From Chloroflexota bacterium (GTDB lineage Bacteria > Chloroflexota > Anaerolineae > Anaerolineales > Villigracilaceae), in the NCBI GenBank assembly GCA_013152325.1, contig JAADGN010000045.1, positions 18,310 to 82,309 on the forward strand: 64,000 nucleotides of DNA. Direction: 5' to 3'. Shown one piece after another: positions 18,350 to 25,743 of the stretch (position 1 is its first letter; each line of letters begins with the position of its first letter). Below the pieces are notes generated by a model, which was given only the letters and a program-made list of their open reading frames with translations, was not told the origin of the DNA and did no database searches. The position numbers and the translations under genes were made by a program.

Positions 18350-18818
18350 CGAGCACGTCCGCACCTGGTACGGCCTGGAGGCCGAGATCACCGTCACCGA
18401 GGCCAACCTCCACCGCGTGGCGCTCCCCTCCCTGAGCCTGCCCCATCCGGGGGTGGTCAACTGGTTCGCCCGTCAGGGGCTGGACGTGGACACCCGCCTG
18501 GCGCTGACCGCCCGCCACGAGTTCGGCCATTTGCAGACCCTGCCGGTGCCGCTCCTGCACCTGCTGCTCCTGCTCTGGCCGCGTCGCGGCCGACCGCGCC
18601 TGACCGGCCGGCTCCGCTTCTGGCTGATCCTGCTCACGCACCAGACCCTGTGGGAGGCAGCCGCCGAAACTTACGTCGTCGCCACCGACCGCCGCGCCGT
18701 GACCGCGCCGCGCCCGCGCTGGGCGCGCGGACTCTATGCCCTTTTCTGGGGGTGCATGACGGCCTTTTCAATTTTGGGTACAATACGCCTGCTTCAACGC
18801 GACCAATCCGCCCGGTGA
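18336..18818 (+). CDS. membrane protein with HExxH motif (ARHEFGHLQT), unknown function
   Basis: 160 aa. It overlaps the ATPase gene by 14 nt and has hydrophobic C-terminal helices. No named family recognised. Confidence 0.55.
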   Translation: MQQRDEHVRTWYGLEAEITVTEANLHRVALPSLSLPHPGVVNWFARQGLDVDTRLALTARHEFGHLQTLPVPLLHLLLLLWPRRGRPRLTGRLRFWLILLTHQTLWEAAAETYVVATDRRAVTAPRPRWARGLYALFWGCMTAFSILGTIRLLQRDQSAR

Positions 18819-18864
18819 GCGAACGTTAATCTGCCCACAAATGGGCACTTTTCAGGAGAGTGTC

Positions 18865-20004
18865 ATGCAAATTGAAACCCAAGTCATTCACGCCGGACGA
18901 TCCGCCGACCCCGCGACCGGGGCCGTCATGCCCCCCATCTACCAGACCTCCACCTACAAGCAGGACCGCGTCGGACAGCATCGCGGCTACGAGTACTCGC
19001 GCACCGGCAACCCCACCCGCGCCGCGCTGGAAGCCTGTCTGGCGGCGCTGGAAGGCAGCGAACACGGACTGGCTTTCGCCTCCGGGATGGCCGCGATCGA
19101 CGTCGTCTTGCGCCTGCTGTCGCCGGGCGACCACGTGCTGGCGGGCAACGACGTTTATGGCGGCACATTCCGGCTGTTCGACAGCGAGTTCCGTCGCTAC
19201 GGGCTGGAGTTCACGTATGTGGACACCAGCGACCCGGCCCAGGTGGAATCCGGGCTGCGCCCCAACACGCGCATGGTCTGGCTGGAGACGCCCACCAACC
19301 CTCTGCTCAACGTCAGCGACATCAGCGCCGTAGCCAGGATCGTCCACGGACGCAGTTCGGATACGCTCCTGGTGGTGGATAACACCTTTGCCACGCCCTA
19401 CCTGCAGCGTCCGCTCGAACTGGGGGCGGACATTGTCGTCCACTCCACCACAAAATATCTGGGCGGCCATTCCGACGTGGTGGGGGGCGCGGTCATTTCC
19501 CGCGACGCCGACATCCACACCCGCCTGGCGTTCCTGCAAAACGCGGCCGGAGCCGTGCCGGGGCCGCTGGACTGCTTCCTGGTCCTGCGGGGCGTCCAGA
19601 CGCTGCCGGTGCGCATGGATCGTCATGCCGAGAACGCGGCCGCCATCGCGGACTTCCTGTCCCGTCATCCCAAAGTGGCAGTCACCCTGTACCCGTTCCA
19701 CCCCTCGCATCCCCAGGCAGCGACAGCGCGCCGGCAAATGCGCAACGGCGGCGGCATGGTCTCCTTCGTGCTCAAAAACGGCGCGGAGGCAGCCCGGCAC
19801 GTCGCCGAGAACACGTCACTTTTCACGCTTGCCGAATCGTTGGGCGGGGTCGAATCGTTGATCGAAGTACCCGCCGTCATGACCCATGCCTCCACCGCCG
19901 ATTCTCCCCTGGCCGTGGATCCGGGTCTGGTGCGGCTCTCCGTCGGCCTGGAACACGCAGATGACCTGCTCTCGGATTTGGAGCACGCGTTATCCGGCGT
20001 GTAG
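18865..20004 (+). CDS. cystathionine gamma-lyase/gamma-synthase family PLP enzyme
   Basis: MQIETQVIHAG... with the PLP-lysine region STTKYLGGHSD. GGAGAG lies upstream of the ATG at 18865. Confidence 0.85.
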   Translation: MQIETQVIHAGRSADPATGAVMPPIYQTSTYKQDRVGQHRGYEYSRTGNPTRAALEACLAALEGSEHGLAFASGMAAIDVVLRLLSPGDHVLAGNDVYGGTFRLFDSEFRRYGLEFTYVDTSDPAQVESGLRPNTRMVWLETPTNPLLNVSDISAVARIVHGRSSDTLLVVDNTFATPYLQRPLELGADIVVHSTTKYLGGHSDVVGGAVISRDADIHTRLAFLQNAAGAVPGPLDCFLVLRGVQTLPVRMDRHAENAAAIADFLSRHPKVAVTLYPFHPSHPQAATARRQMRNGGGMVSFVLKNGAEAARHVAENTSLFTLAESLGGVESLIEVPAVMTHASTADSPLAVDPGLVRLSVGLEHADDLLSDLEHALSGV

Positions 20005-20039
20005 GCGGGCGCTCATCACGTCTGCGCTCCGCGCACAGG

Positions 20040-21458
20040 TTAAATTTCCCGGGCAATAAAATCGAGCACGTCTATCTTGGTCAAAATACCGATGGGGCGC
20101 TCTCCTTCGGTCACCAAAGCCACCGGCTCCTCGACGAAGGTCGGCAGCACGTCTTCCAGGGGCGTATAGACCGGAAAGGTGGGCGGAGCGGGTTGGACGA
20201 TGGACGCGACGGTCTCGTCGGACGAATGGGTATGCCCGGCTTCGACGATGTGCTTGAGCAGGTCCACCTCCGTGACCAGCCCGGCCAGCGCGCCATCGGC
20301 GCGCAACACAGGAACCTGGGAGATATCGTGTTCCTTCAGCAGGGCGATCACGTCCGTCATGCAATCGTCCAGGGCGACCGAGATCAATCCCTGGAAGGAT
20401 TTCTCCGCCAGCACGTCGCCGAGGCTGACTTCACCCCACGCAGCTTCCAGGTATCCGTTTTCACGCATCCATTTGTCGTCGAAGATCTTGGAGAGGTAGC
20501 GGGAACCCGAATCGGGCAGGATGACGACGACCAGCCGGTCGGACGGCAGGTTTTGAGCGTAGCGCACGGCGGCAGCTACGGCCGAGCCCGAAGAGCCGCC
20601 GCAAAAAACGGATTCTTCCCTGACCAGCCGCCGAGTCCACAAAAAGGACTCCTTGTCGGTGACTCGAATGACCTCGTCGATCACCGACAGATCCAGCGTC
20701 GAAGGCAAAAAGTCTTCGCCGATGCCTTCCACCTTGTACGAGGTGGCTTCCACGTCATCCGGGACGCCGCCGTGCTGCCAGGTTTCCAGCAGGATGGATC
20801 CGGTTGAATCCACGCCCACGATGCGCACATCCGGGTTCTGCTCCTTGAGATAGCGCCCCACGCCGGTGATGGTCCCGCCAGTGCCCATGCCCACTACCAG
20901 GTCGGTGACTTTGCCCTGGGTCTGCTCCCAGATTTCGGGGCCGGTGGTCGCATAATGGCTGCGGGGGTTCTCAGGGTTGTGATACTGGTTGGCCAGGATG
21001 GCGTTTGGCGTTTCGGCCACGATGCGGTTTGCCACGCTGTAGTAGGAGCGGGGGTCTTCAGGGGCGACAGCCGTCGGCGTGATGACCACCCTTGCGCCAT
21101 AGGCCCGCAGGAGCTGGATTTTTTCCTGGCTCATCTTGTCTGGCATCACGAATACGGATTTGTACCCTTTTATGGCGCAGACAATGGCCAATCCGACGCC
21201 GGTGTTGCCGGACGTGGACTCCACCACGGTGCCGCCGGGTTTAAGCCGTCCGCTCTTCTCGGCTTCGGCGATCATGGTCAACGCGATGCGGTCTTTCACC
21301 GACCCTCCCGGATTGAAGAACTCCACCTTGGCATATAAGGGGCAGGGCAAACCGCGTCCGACGCGATTCAGGCGTACCAACGGCGTTTTGCCGATCGTTT
21401 GCAGGATATTGTCATAAACGTGCAGGGAAGCGGATACTGGAAGTGAGTTTGAAGTCAT
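20040..21458 (-). CDS. cystathionine beta-synthase (PALP domain plus C-terminal CBS pair)
   Basis: GGSVKDRIAL and SGNTG motifs in the N-terminal domain. Two CBS-type repeats occupy the last ~130 aa. Confidence 0.85.
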   Translation of the reverse strand: MTSNSLPVSASLHVYDNILQTIGKTPLVRLNRVGRGLPCPLYAKVEFFNPGGSVKDRIALTMIAEAEKSGRLKPGGTVVESTSGNTGVGLAIVCAIKGYKSVFVMPDKMSQEKIQLLRAYGARVVITPTAVAPEDPRSYYSVANRIVAETPNAILANQYHNPENPRSHYATTGPEIWEQTQGKVTDLVVGMGTGGTITGVGRYLKEQNPDVRIVGVDSTGSILLETWQHGGVPDDVEATSYKVEGIGEDFLPSTLDLSVIDEVIRVTDKESFLWTRRLVREESVFCGGSSGSAVAAAVRYAQNLPSDRLVVVILPDSGSRYLSKIFDDKWMRENGYLEAAWGEVSLGDVLAEKSFQGLISVALDDCMTDVIALLKEHDISQVPVLRADGALAGLVTEVDLLKHIVEAGHTHSSDETVASIVQPAPPTFPVYTPLEDVLPTFVEEPVALVTEGERPIGILTKIDVLDFIAREI

Positions 21459-21515
21459 TGTACGATACTCCTCTATGATTGTTTTGGTTTGGTTTGAGAT
21501 GACTGAATTTCGGTT

Positions 21516-21549
21516 AAACGAAACCGTCCACCGGGATCCCGGTGGACGG
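21516..21549 (-). terminator. terminator-like hairpin inside the 5' leader of the cystathionine beta-synthase gene (possible attenuator/riboswitch expression platform)
   Basis: On the minus strand, CCGTCCACCGGGATCCCGGTGGACGG is followed by TTTCGTTT. It lies about 58 nt upstream of the ATG at 21458, with no upstream same-strand gene to terminate. Confidence 0.5.
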
Positions 21550-21780
21550 AAGAAGGGCAGAAGTCAGAAAGACTAACAACGTTTGCCTGTAAACACCCTG
21601 GCACATTTTCCCAAACCGGAATCACAAACTCCACGCAGGGGGAGCTGCGCACAGGTACAGAAACAGGGCTGGGAAATAGTAATCATTGCAAACAATACTA
21701 CCACCAATTGCCACATCTGGGAATAAGTATTTTTACCTATGGGGGAGGAATTATGGACAAATGTCATGTGACGAACAACA

Positions 21781-21796
21781 TAGGCAATTTGGCCTG
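21781..21796. promoter_or_regulatory. 7-2-7 inverted repeat, site 4 (TAGGCAA-TT-TGGCCTG)
   Basis: Read directly. It lies 23 nt upstream of ATGACA. Confidence 0.7.
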
Positions 21797-21819
21797 TTCG
21801 ACACCCCGCGAGATGGCGC

Positions 21820-21848
21820 ATGACAAGCCCAGGCCTTTCGGCTATGCT
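21820..21848 (+). promoter_or_regulatory. predicted promoter P4 (ATGACA-17-TATGCT) for the PCYCGC/CuA/Fe-S operon
   Basis: -35 at 21820-21825, -10 at 21843-21848. About 45 nt here are nearly identical to promoter P5 (CCCCGCGAGATGGCGCATGACA...TTTCGGCTATGCT). Confidence 0.65.
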
Positions 21849-21882
21849 TTGTTCAGAATTGAACAATCGGAGACTTGGCACC

Positions 21883-22314
21883 ATGCAAAAACCCCTGACT
21901 TTTCCCCTGTTCCTGCTCGCCGTTCTGTTGTCCGGCGTCTTGTTGGCCGGATGCAGCGGCACGCAAGCCTACGCGCTGGCTCCCCTGGACGGGATGCCTT
22001 TGGATGTACAGAACGCCCCCGCGCCAGTTCGGGAGGCTTACCAATTCGCGGTCGCCAACCCGGAAGTGTTGAAAGACATCCCCTGCTACTGCGGCTGCGG
22101 CGGGATGGGCCACACCTCCAACTACTCATGCTACGTGGCCGATGAGAACGCTGACGGCAGCCTGGTCTTCGAGGGGCACGCGCTGGGATGCTCCATCTGC
22201 GTGGACATCACCCAGGACGCCATGCGCATGATCGACCAAGGCAAGACCGTTCCCGAAATCCGCGCCTACGTGGACCAGACCTACAGCCGCTTCGGGCCGT
22301 CGAATATGCCGTGA
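21883..22314 (+). CDS. PCYCGC-motif lipoprotein
   Basis: MQKPLTFPLFLLAVLLSGVLLAGCSG lipobox. DIPCYCGCGGMGHTSNYSCY and HALGCSICVDI motifs. The start is set by the promoter position; the track start 21820 lies inside the -35. Confidence 0.8.
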   Translation: MQKPLTFPLFLLAVLLSGVLLAGCSGTQAYALAPLDGMPLDVQNAPAPVREAYQFAVANPEVLKDIPCYCGCGGMGHTSNYSCYVADENADGSLVFEGHALGCSICVDITQDAMRMIDQGKTVPEIRAYVDQTYSRFGPSNMP

Positions 22315-22320
22315 TCGGGC

Positions 22321-22785
22321 ATGATGAAAAGCTCTCCCGCCCTTCTTCGCAATGCCGTTTTCCTGGCGGCCGCACTGTTGGTCGCTTTCGCTCCGCTGCC
22401 CCTGCCCCAAACACCCCCGGCAGAGCGCACTTTTCGAATAGATGCCACCCAGTTCGCCTTCGCACCCGCCGTGCTGACAGTCAATCCCGGCGACCGCGTG
22501 ACGATTGAATTGACCTCGCTGGATGTCGTCCACGGCCTGTACCTGGACGGCTACGACCTGCAAATCAGCGCCGACCCCGGACAGACTGCCACAATGACCT
22601 TTGTGGCCGACCGCGCCGGAAGTTTCCGCTTTCGCTGCGCGGCGACCTGCGGCGACCTGCATCCCTTCATGATCGGCAAACTGCACGTCGGGCCGAACAC
22701 CCTGTTGTGGCGCAGCATCGGGCTGGCCCTCCTGGCAATGTTCGCCGCGGTCATGCTTGGGATGCCTCGACTGCGCAAGGCATAA
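22321..22785 (+). CDS. cupredoxin-domain protein with complete CuA-type ligand set and C-terminal TM helix
   Basis: VVHG-x34-CAATCGDLHPFM, i.e. H...C-x3-C-x3-H-x2-M as in COX subunit II / NosZ CuA. It has an N-terminal signal and a C-terminal helix WRSIGLALLAMFAAVMLG. Confidence 0.8.
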   Translation: MMKSSPALLRNAVFLAAALLVAFAPLPLPQTPPAERTFRIDATQFAFAPAVLTVNPGDRVTIELTSLDVVHGLYLDGYDLQISADPGQTATMTFVADRAGSFRFRCAATCGDLHPFMIGKLHVGPNTLLWRSIGLALLAMFAAVMLGMPRLRKA

Positions 22786-22794
22786 AACGCCATC

Positions 22795-24156
22795 ATGCCA
22801 AAATACGACCTGCTCCGCATCCCTCTGCTTCGCAAAACGCTTGAAAGCCGCTGGCCGCAACTGATCCTGCGGGCGGCGGCTTTGGGCGGATTCGCGATTG
22901 CCATCCTGGCCGGGCTGCTGGGGACGCGGGTGGGCAACCACAATTTTGCCATTGTGGTCGTCTGGATCGCCTGGTGGGCCGCGCTGATGCTGTTGGCGGT
23001 CCCCCTCCTGGGACGCGGCTGGTGCGCGATCTGCCCCATCCCGATGCCCGGCGAATGGCTGCAAAACGGGGCCGCACTCGGCCCCGTCCAGGACGGGAGC
23101 AGGCACGGACGGAGTCTGAAGCGTTTCCCAAAATCCTTCCGCAATATCTGGATGCAGAACGTCGCCTTCACCCTGCTGGCGCTGTTCAGCGCGGTCATCC
23201 TGACCCGCCCCAGCGTCACCGGCTGGATACTGTTGGGAATGCTGCTGGTCGCCGTCGGCGCCAGTCTGGTTTATGAGCGCCGGACGTTCTGCCGTTACAT
23301 CTGCCCGGTGGGCGGATTTATCGGTCTGTATTCGCAGTTGGCCCCGCTCGAACTGCGCGTGGTGGACACAAAGATCTGCGCCGCGCACAAGGAGAAATCC
23401 TGCTACCGCGGTAATGCGGAAGGCTACGGCTGCCCATGGGACGTTTTCCCCGGCGGGCTGGCGGTGAACACAAACTGCGGCCTGTGCATGGAATGCCTGC
23501 GCACCTGCGAGTACGACAACATCGCCCTCAACCTGCGCGCCCCCGGCGCCGACCTGGATCCGCCGCACGGCCTGAAACTGGACGAAGCCTACAAGGCCTT
23601 TATCATGCTGGGCAGCGCGCTGGTGTACTCGGCAGTCATGCTGGGCCCGTGGGGCGCGCTGAAGACCGCGGCCTACTCGATAGGGTCGCCAGCCTGGTGG
23701 GGCTACGCGCTGGGCTTGCTGGTCCTCATCTGGGGGTTGCTGCCCGGCCTGTTCTACCTGACCACGCGCGCCGCACAGGCGCTCGCTCCCGTCCGCCTGC
23801 CGCCGCGCAAGCTGTTCGCGCGCTACGCCGCGGCGCTGATACCGCTTGGGCTGACCGCCTGGATCGCCTTCAGCATCTCGTTCGTCTTCGCCAACATTTC
23901 GTATCTCTGGCCGGTGCTCTCCGACCCGTTTGGATGGGGCTGGGATCTCTTCGGCACGGCCGGGGCGGGTTGGACGCCTTATCTCTCCCTGGCCGTCCCC
24001 ATGCTGCAAGTCGTTGTGCTGCTGGGCGGGCTGTTTTGGTCGGGGCGCACGGCGGCGAAAATCGCAGCGGAACAAGGCGCTCGCCGCCATGTCTGGCCGG
24101 TGACAGGCTTCAACACTCTCGTGACGATAGGTTTGCTATGGCTACTGGTCGGATGA
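22795..24156 (+). CDS. polytopic 4Fe-4S-binding membrane protein (NapH/NosH/CcoG-like)
   Basis: GWCAICPIP, FCRYICPVGGF and NCGLCMECLRTCEYDNI Cys clusters are interspersed with about 8 hydrophobic helices. Confidence 0.8.
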   Translation: MPKYDLLRIPLLRKTLESRWPQLILRAAALGGFAIAILAGLLGTRVGNHNFAIVVVWIAWWAALMLLAVPLLGRGWCAICPIPMPGEWLQNGAALGPVQDGSRHGRSLKRFPKSFRNIWMQNVAFTLLALFSAVILTRPSVTGWILLGMLLVAVGASLVYERRTFCRYICPVGGFIGLYSQLAPLELRVVDTKICAAHKEKSCYRGNAEGYGCPWDVFPGGLAVNTNCGLCMECLRTCEYDNIALNLRAPGADLDPPHGLKLDEAYKAFIMLGSALVYSAVMLGPWGALKTAAYSIGSPAWWGYALGLLVLIWGLLPGLFYLTTRAAQALAPVRLPPRKLFARYAAALIPLGLTAWIAFSISFVFANISYLWPVLSDPFGWGWDLFGTAGAGWTPYLSLAVPMLQVVVLLGGLFWSGRTAAKIAAEQGARRHVWPVTGFNTLVTIGLLWLLVG

Positions 24157-25175
24157 AAAAGGAATGGCTGGCACGTCTGCTGGTGCTGGCCCTGGTCGTC
24201 GGTTTTTCCGCCGCAGCGCTGTACGCGCGCTGGGCCGACCGAACGCTCGAAGTCCACGCCGCCATGCCCGAAAAAGGCGGCTGGCTGCCCAACACGCTCA
24301 CGGCCCGGGCGGACGAACCGCTGACGCTGCGGCTGATCTCCGACGACGTGGTGCACGGCTTCGCCATCGGGCAAAGCGACCAGCAGCCGTCGGTGGATAT
24401 CCTGCCGGGCAAACCCGTCGAAATCACGCTGCTCTTTGACAAGCCGGGCACCTACACGTACTACTGCACGCGCTGGTGCGGACCCAACCACTGGCGGATG
24501 CGCGGCACGATCGAAGTGGAGGGAGACGATTCCTCGCTGGCGAACGACCCTAGCGGCCCCGTCGCGCCGCCCCTGTACCTGATGCTGGGCATCGACCTGG
24601 ACGCCCCGCACGATGTCCAGGTTGACGTGACCCGACAGCCCTCCGCCCGGCGCGGCGCGGCCCTGGACACAAACCTGCCCGCCGAGATGCTCTCCCGCGA
24701 GTACGTCCGCGCCCACAGTCCCTACGAGGTCTGGCAAACCCTGCGGGAAACGCCCGCCGCCAGCCCATTGAGCGATGCGGATCTCTGGGATCTGGTCGCC
24801 CGGCTCTGGGAACGCAGCACCACGCCGGATGCGCTGCAAACCGGCGCGCAGCTCTACGCCCAGAACTGCGCGACCTGCCACGGCACGACGGGCGCCGGGG
24901 ACGGCGTCTTCGCGGCCGCGCTGGCAGGCGAGACGTCTGCAACGCCAATTTCGCCCGGCCTCGGCCACGAGACTGTCGCGCCGACCGATTTCAGCGACCC
25001 GGCCCACATGCTGGGCGCCAGTCCCGCCCTGCTGCACGGCAAGATCATCCGCGGCGGCATGGGGACGGGCATGCCCTCCTGGGGCCTGATCTTCACCGAC
25101 GAACAAACCTGGGCGCTCACCGATTATCTATGGACTTTCACTTTTCAATTTCAATTCAAGGAGACAACACCATGA
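24153..25175 (+). CDS. membrane-anchored CuA-type cupredoxin fused to a c-type cytochrome domain (COX subunit II-like, orphan)
   Basis: MKKEWLARLLVLALVVGFSAAALY anchor. VVHG-x36-CTRWCGPNHWRM matches the CuA pattern. The C-terminal domain has CATCHG plus MPSWG. The ATG at 24153 overlaps the upstream TGA (ATGA). Confidence 0.8.
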   Translation: MKKEWLARLLVLALVVGFSAAALYARWADRTLEVHAAMPEKGGWLPNTLTARADEPLTLRLISDDVVHGFAIGQSDQQPSVDILPGKPVEITLLFDKPGTYTYYCTRWCGPNHWRMRGTIEVEGDDSSLANDPSGPVAPPLYLMLGIDLDAPHDVQVDVTRQPSARRGAALDTNLPAEMLSREYVRAHSPYEVWQTLRETPAASPLSDADLWDLVARLWERSTTPDALQTGAQLYAQNCATCHGTTGAGDGVFAAALAGETSATPISPGLGHETVAPTDFSDPAHMLGASPALLHGKIIRGGMGTGMPSWGLIFTDEQTWALTDYLWTFTFQFQFKETTP

Positions 25176-25687
25176 GTAAAAGAAAGAGCAAACGCAGACC
25201 AAGCCGGCGCAGGAAAAAGAAAACATTGCCCATGCCACTGATCCTGCTGCTTGGCGGGGTGCTGTTGGCAGCCGCGGGCTTTGCCCTGGCCGCCCAGAAT
25301 TCCAACAGCGGCGTCACCGCCGCCGACCCGTCATTGGTCACCGTTCAGGGCCAGCCCAGCCTGAAAGTGGATCAGGAGTTGATCGACTACGGCGACGTCA
25401 AGCTGAACACCAACCTGACTTTCACCCTGACCCTGACCAACGTCGGCGACAAAACGCTGCGCTTCAGCGAGACGCCCTACATCGAAGTTCGGGAGGGCTG
25501 CTGACCGCCTGCCCTGACCATCGGTTCGATGGTCCTCAAGCCAGGCCAAAGCACCACCCTTGAATCCAGCGTGTTCATGATGCACGAGGGCATGGAGGGG
25601 CCGCACGATTTTCGCGTCCACATCCCCAGCAACGACCCGGATGCGGCGGACAAAACCGTCACAGTGCTCTCCAACTGGGTACGCTGA
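25172..25687 (+). CDS. DUF1573-like exported protein with in-frame TGA at 25502-25504 (candidate selenocysteine; otherwise truncated at 25504)
   Basis: The ATG overlaps the upstream TGA (ATGA). The product reads ...LIDYGDVKLNTNLTFTLTLTNVGDKTLRFSETPYIEVREGC-TGA-PPALTIGSMVLKPGQSTTLESSVFMMHEGMEGPHDFRVHIPSNDPDAADKTVTVLSNWVR-TGATAA. The frame stays open for 61 more codons, and the domain only looks complete with readthrough. Confidence 0.55.
25516..25534 (+). promoter_or_regulatory. SECIS-like hairpin 11 nt downstream of the in-frame TGA
   Basis: GACCATCG-GTT-CGATGGTC is a perfect 8-bp stem. The apical loop contains GU and starts 20 nt after the TGA. Confidence 0.45.
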
Positions 25688-25704
25688 TAACACGCAAACG
25701 GGCA

Positions 25705-25720
25705 TAGGCGGTTTGGCCTA
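25705..25720. promoter_or_regulatory. 7-2-7 inverted repeat, site 5 (TAGGCGG-TT-TGGCCTA)
   Basis: Read directly. It is embedded in GCATAGGC-GGTTTG-GCCTATGC. Confidence 0.7.
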
Positions 25721-25743
25721 TGCCCGTCCCCGCGAGATAGCGC

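Noticed and set aside
21549-21720. SAM-I, SAH riboswitch or T-box upstream of the CBS gene
   Set aside because: I looked for GAGGGA/GGTGC.AA.TCC (SAM-I), the SAH core and the GGGTGGTACCGCG T-box sequence on the minus strand. Only a weak TTGGTGGTAG match turned up, about 150 nt from the terminator, which is the wrong position for a T-box.
21573-22145. ORFs of 129 aa (minus) and 145 aa (plus) in the divergent region between the CBS gene and the PCYCGC gene
   Set aside because: They overlap the predicted promoter P4, the 7-2-7 repeat and the leader hairpin. They have no RBS and odd composition.
22126-24090. 654-aa minus-strand ORF
   Set aside because: It is antisense to the cupredoxin and NapH-like genes, which have clear motifs, signal sequences and coupled starts. 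The ORF itself has Arg/Gly/Gln-rich composition and no RBS.
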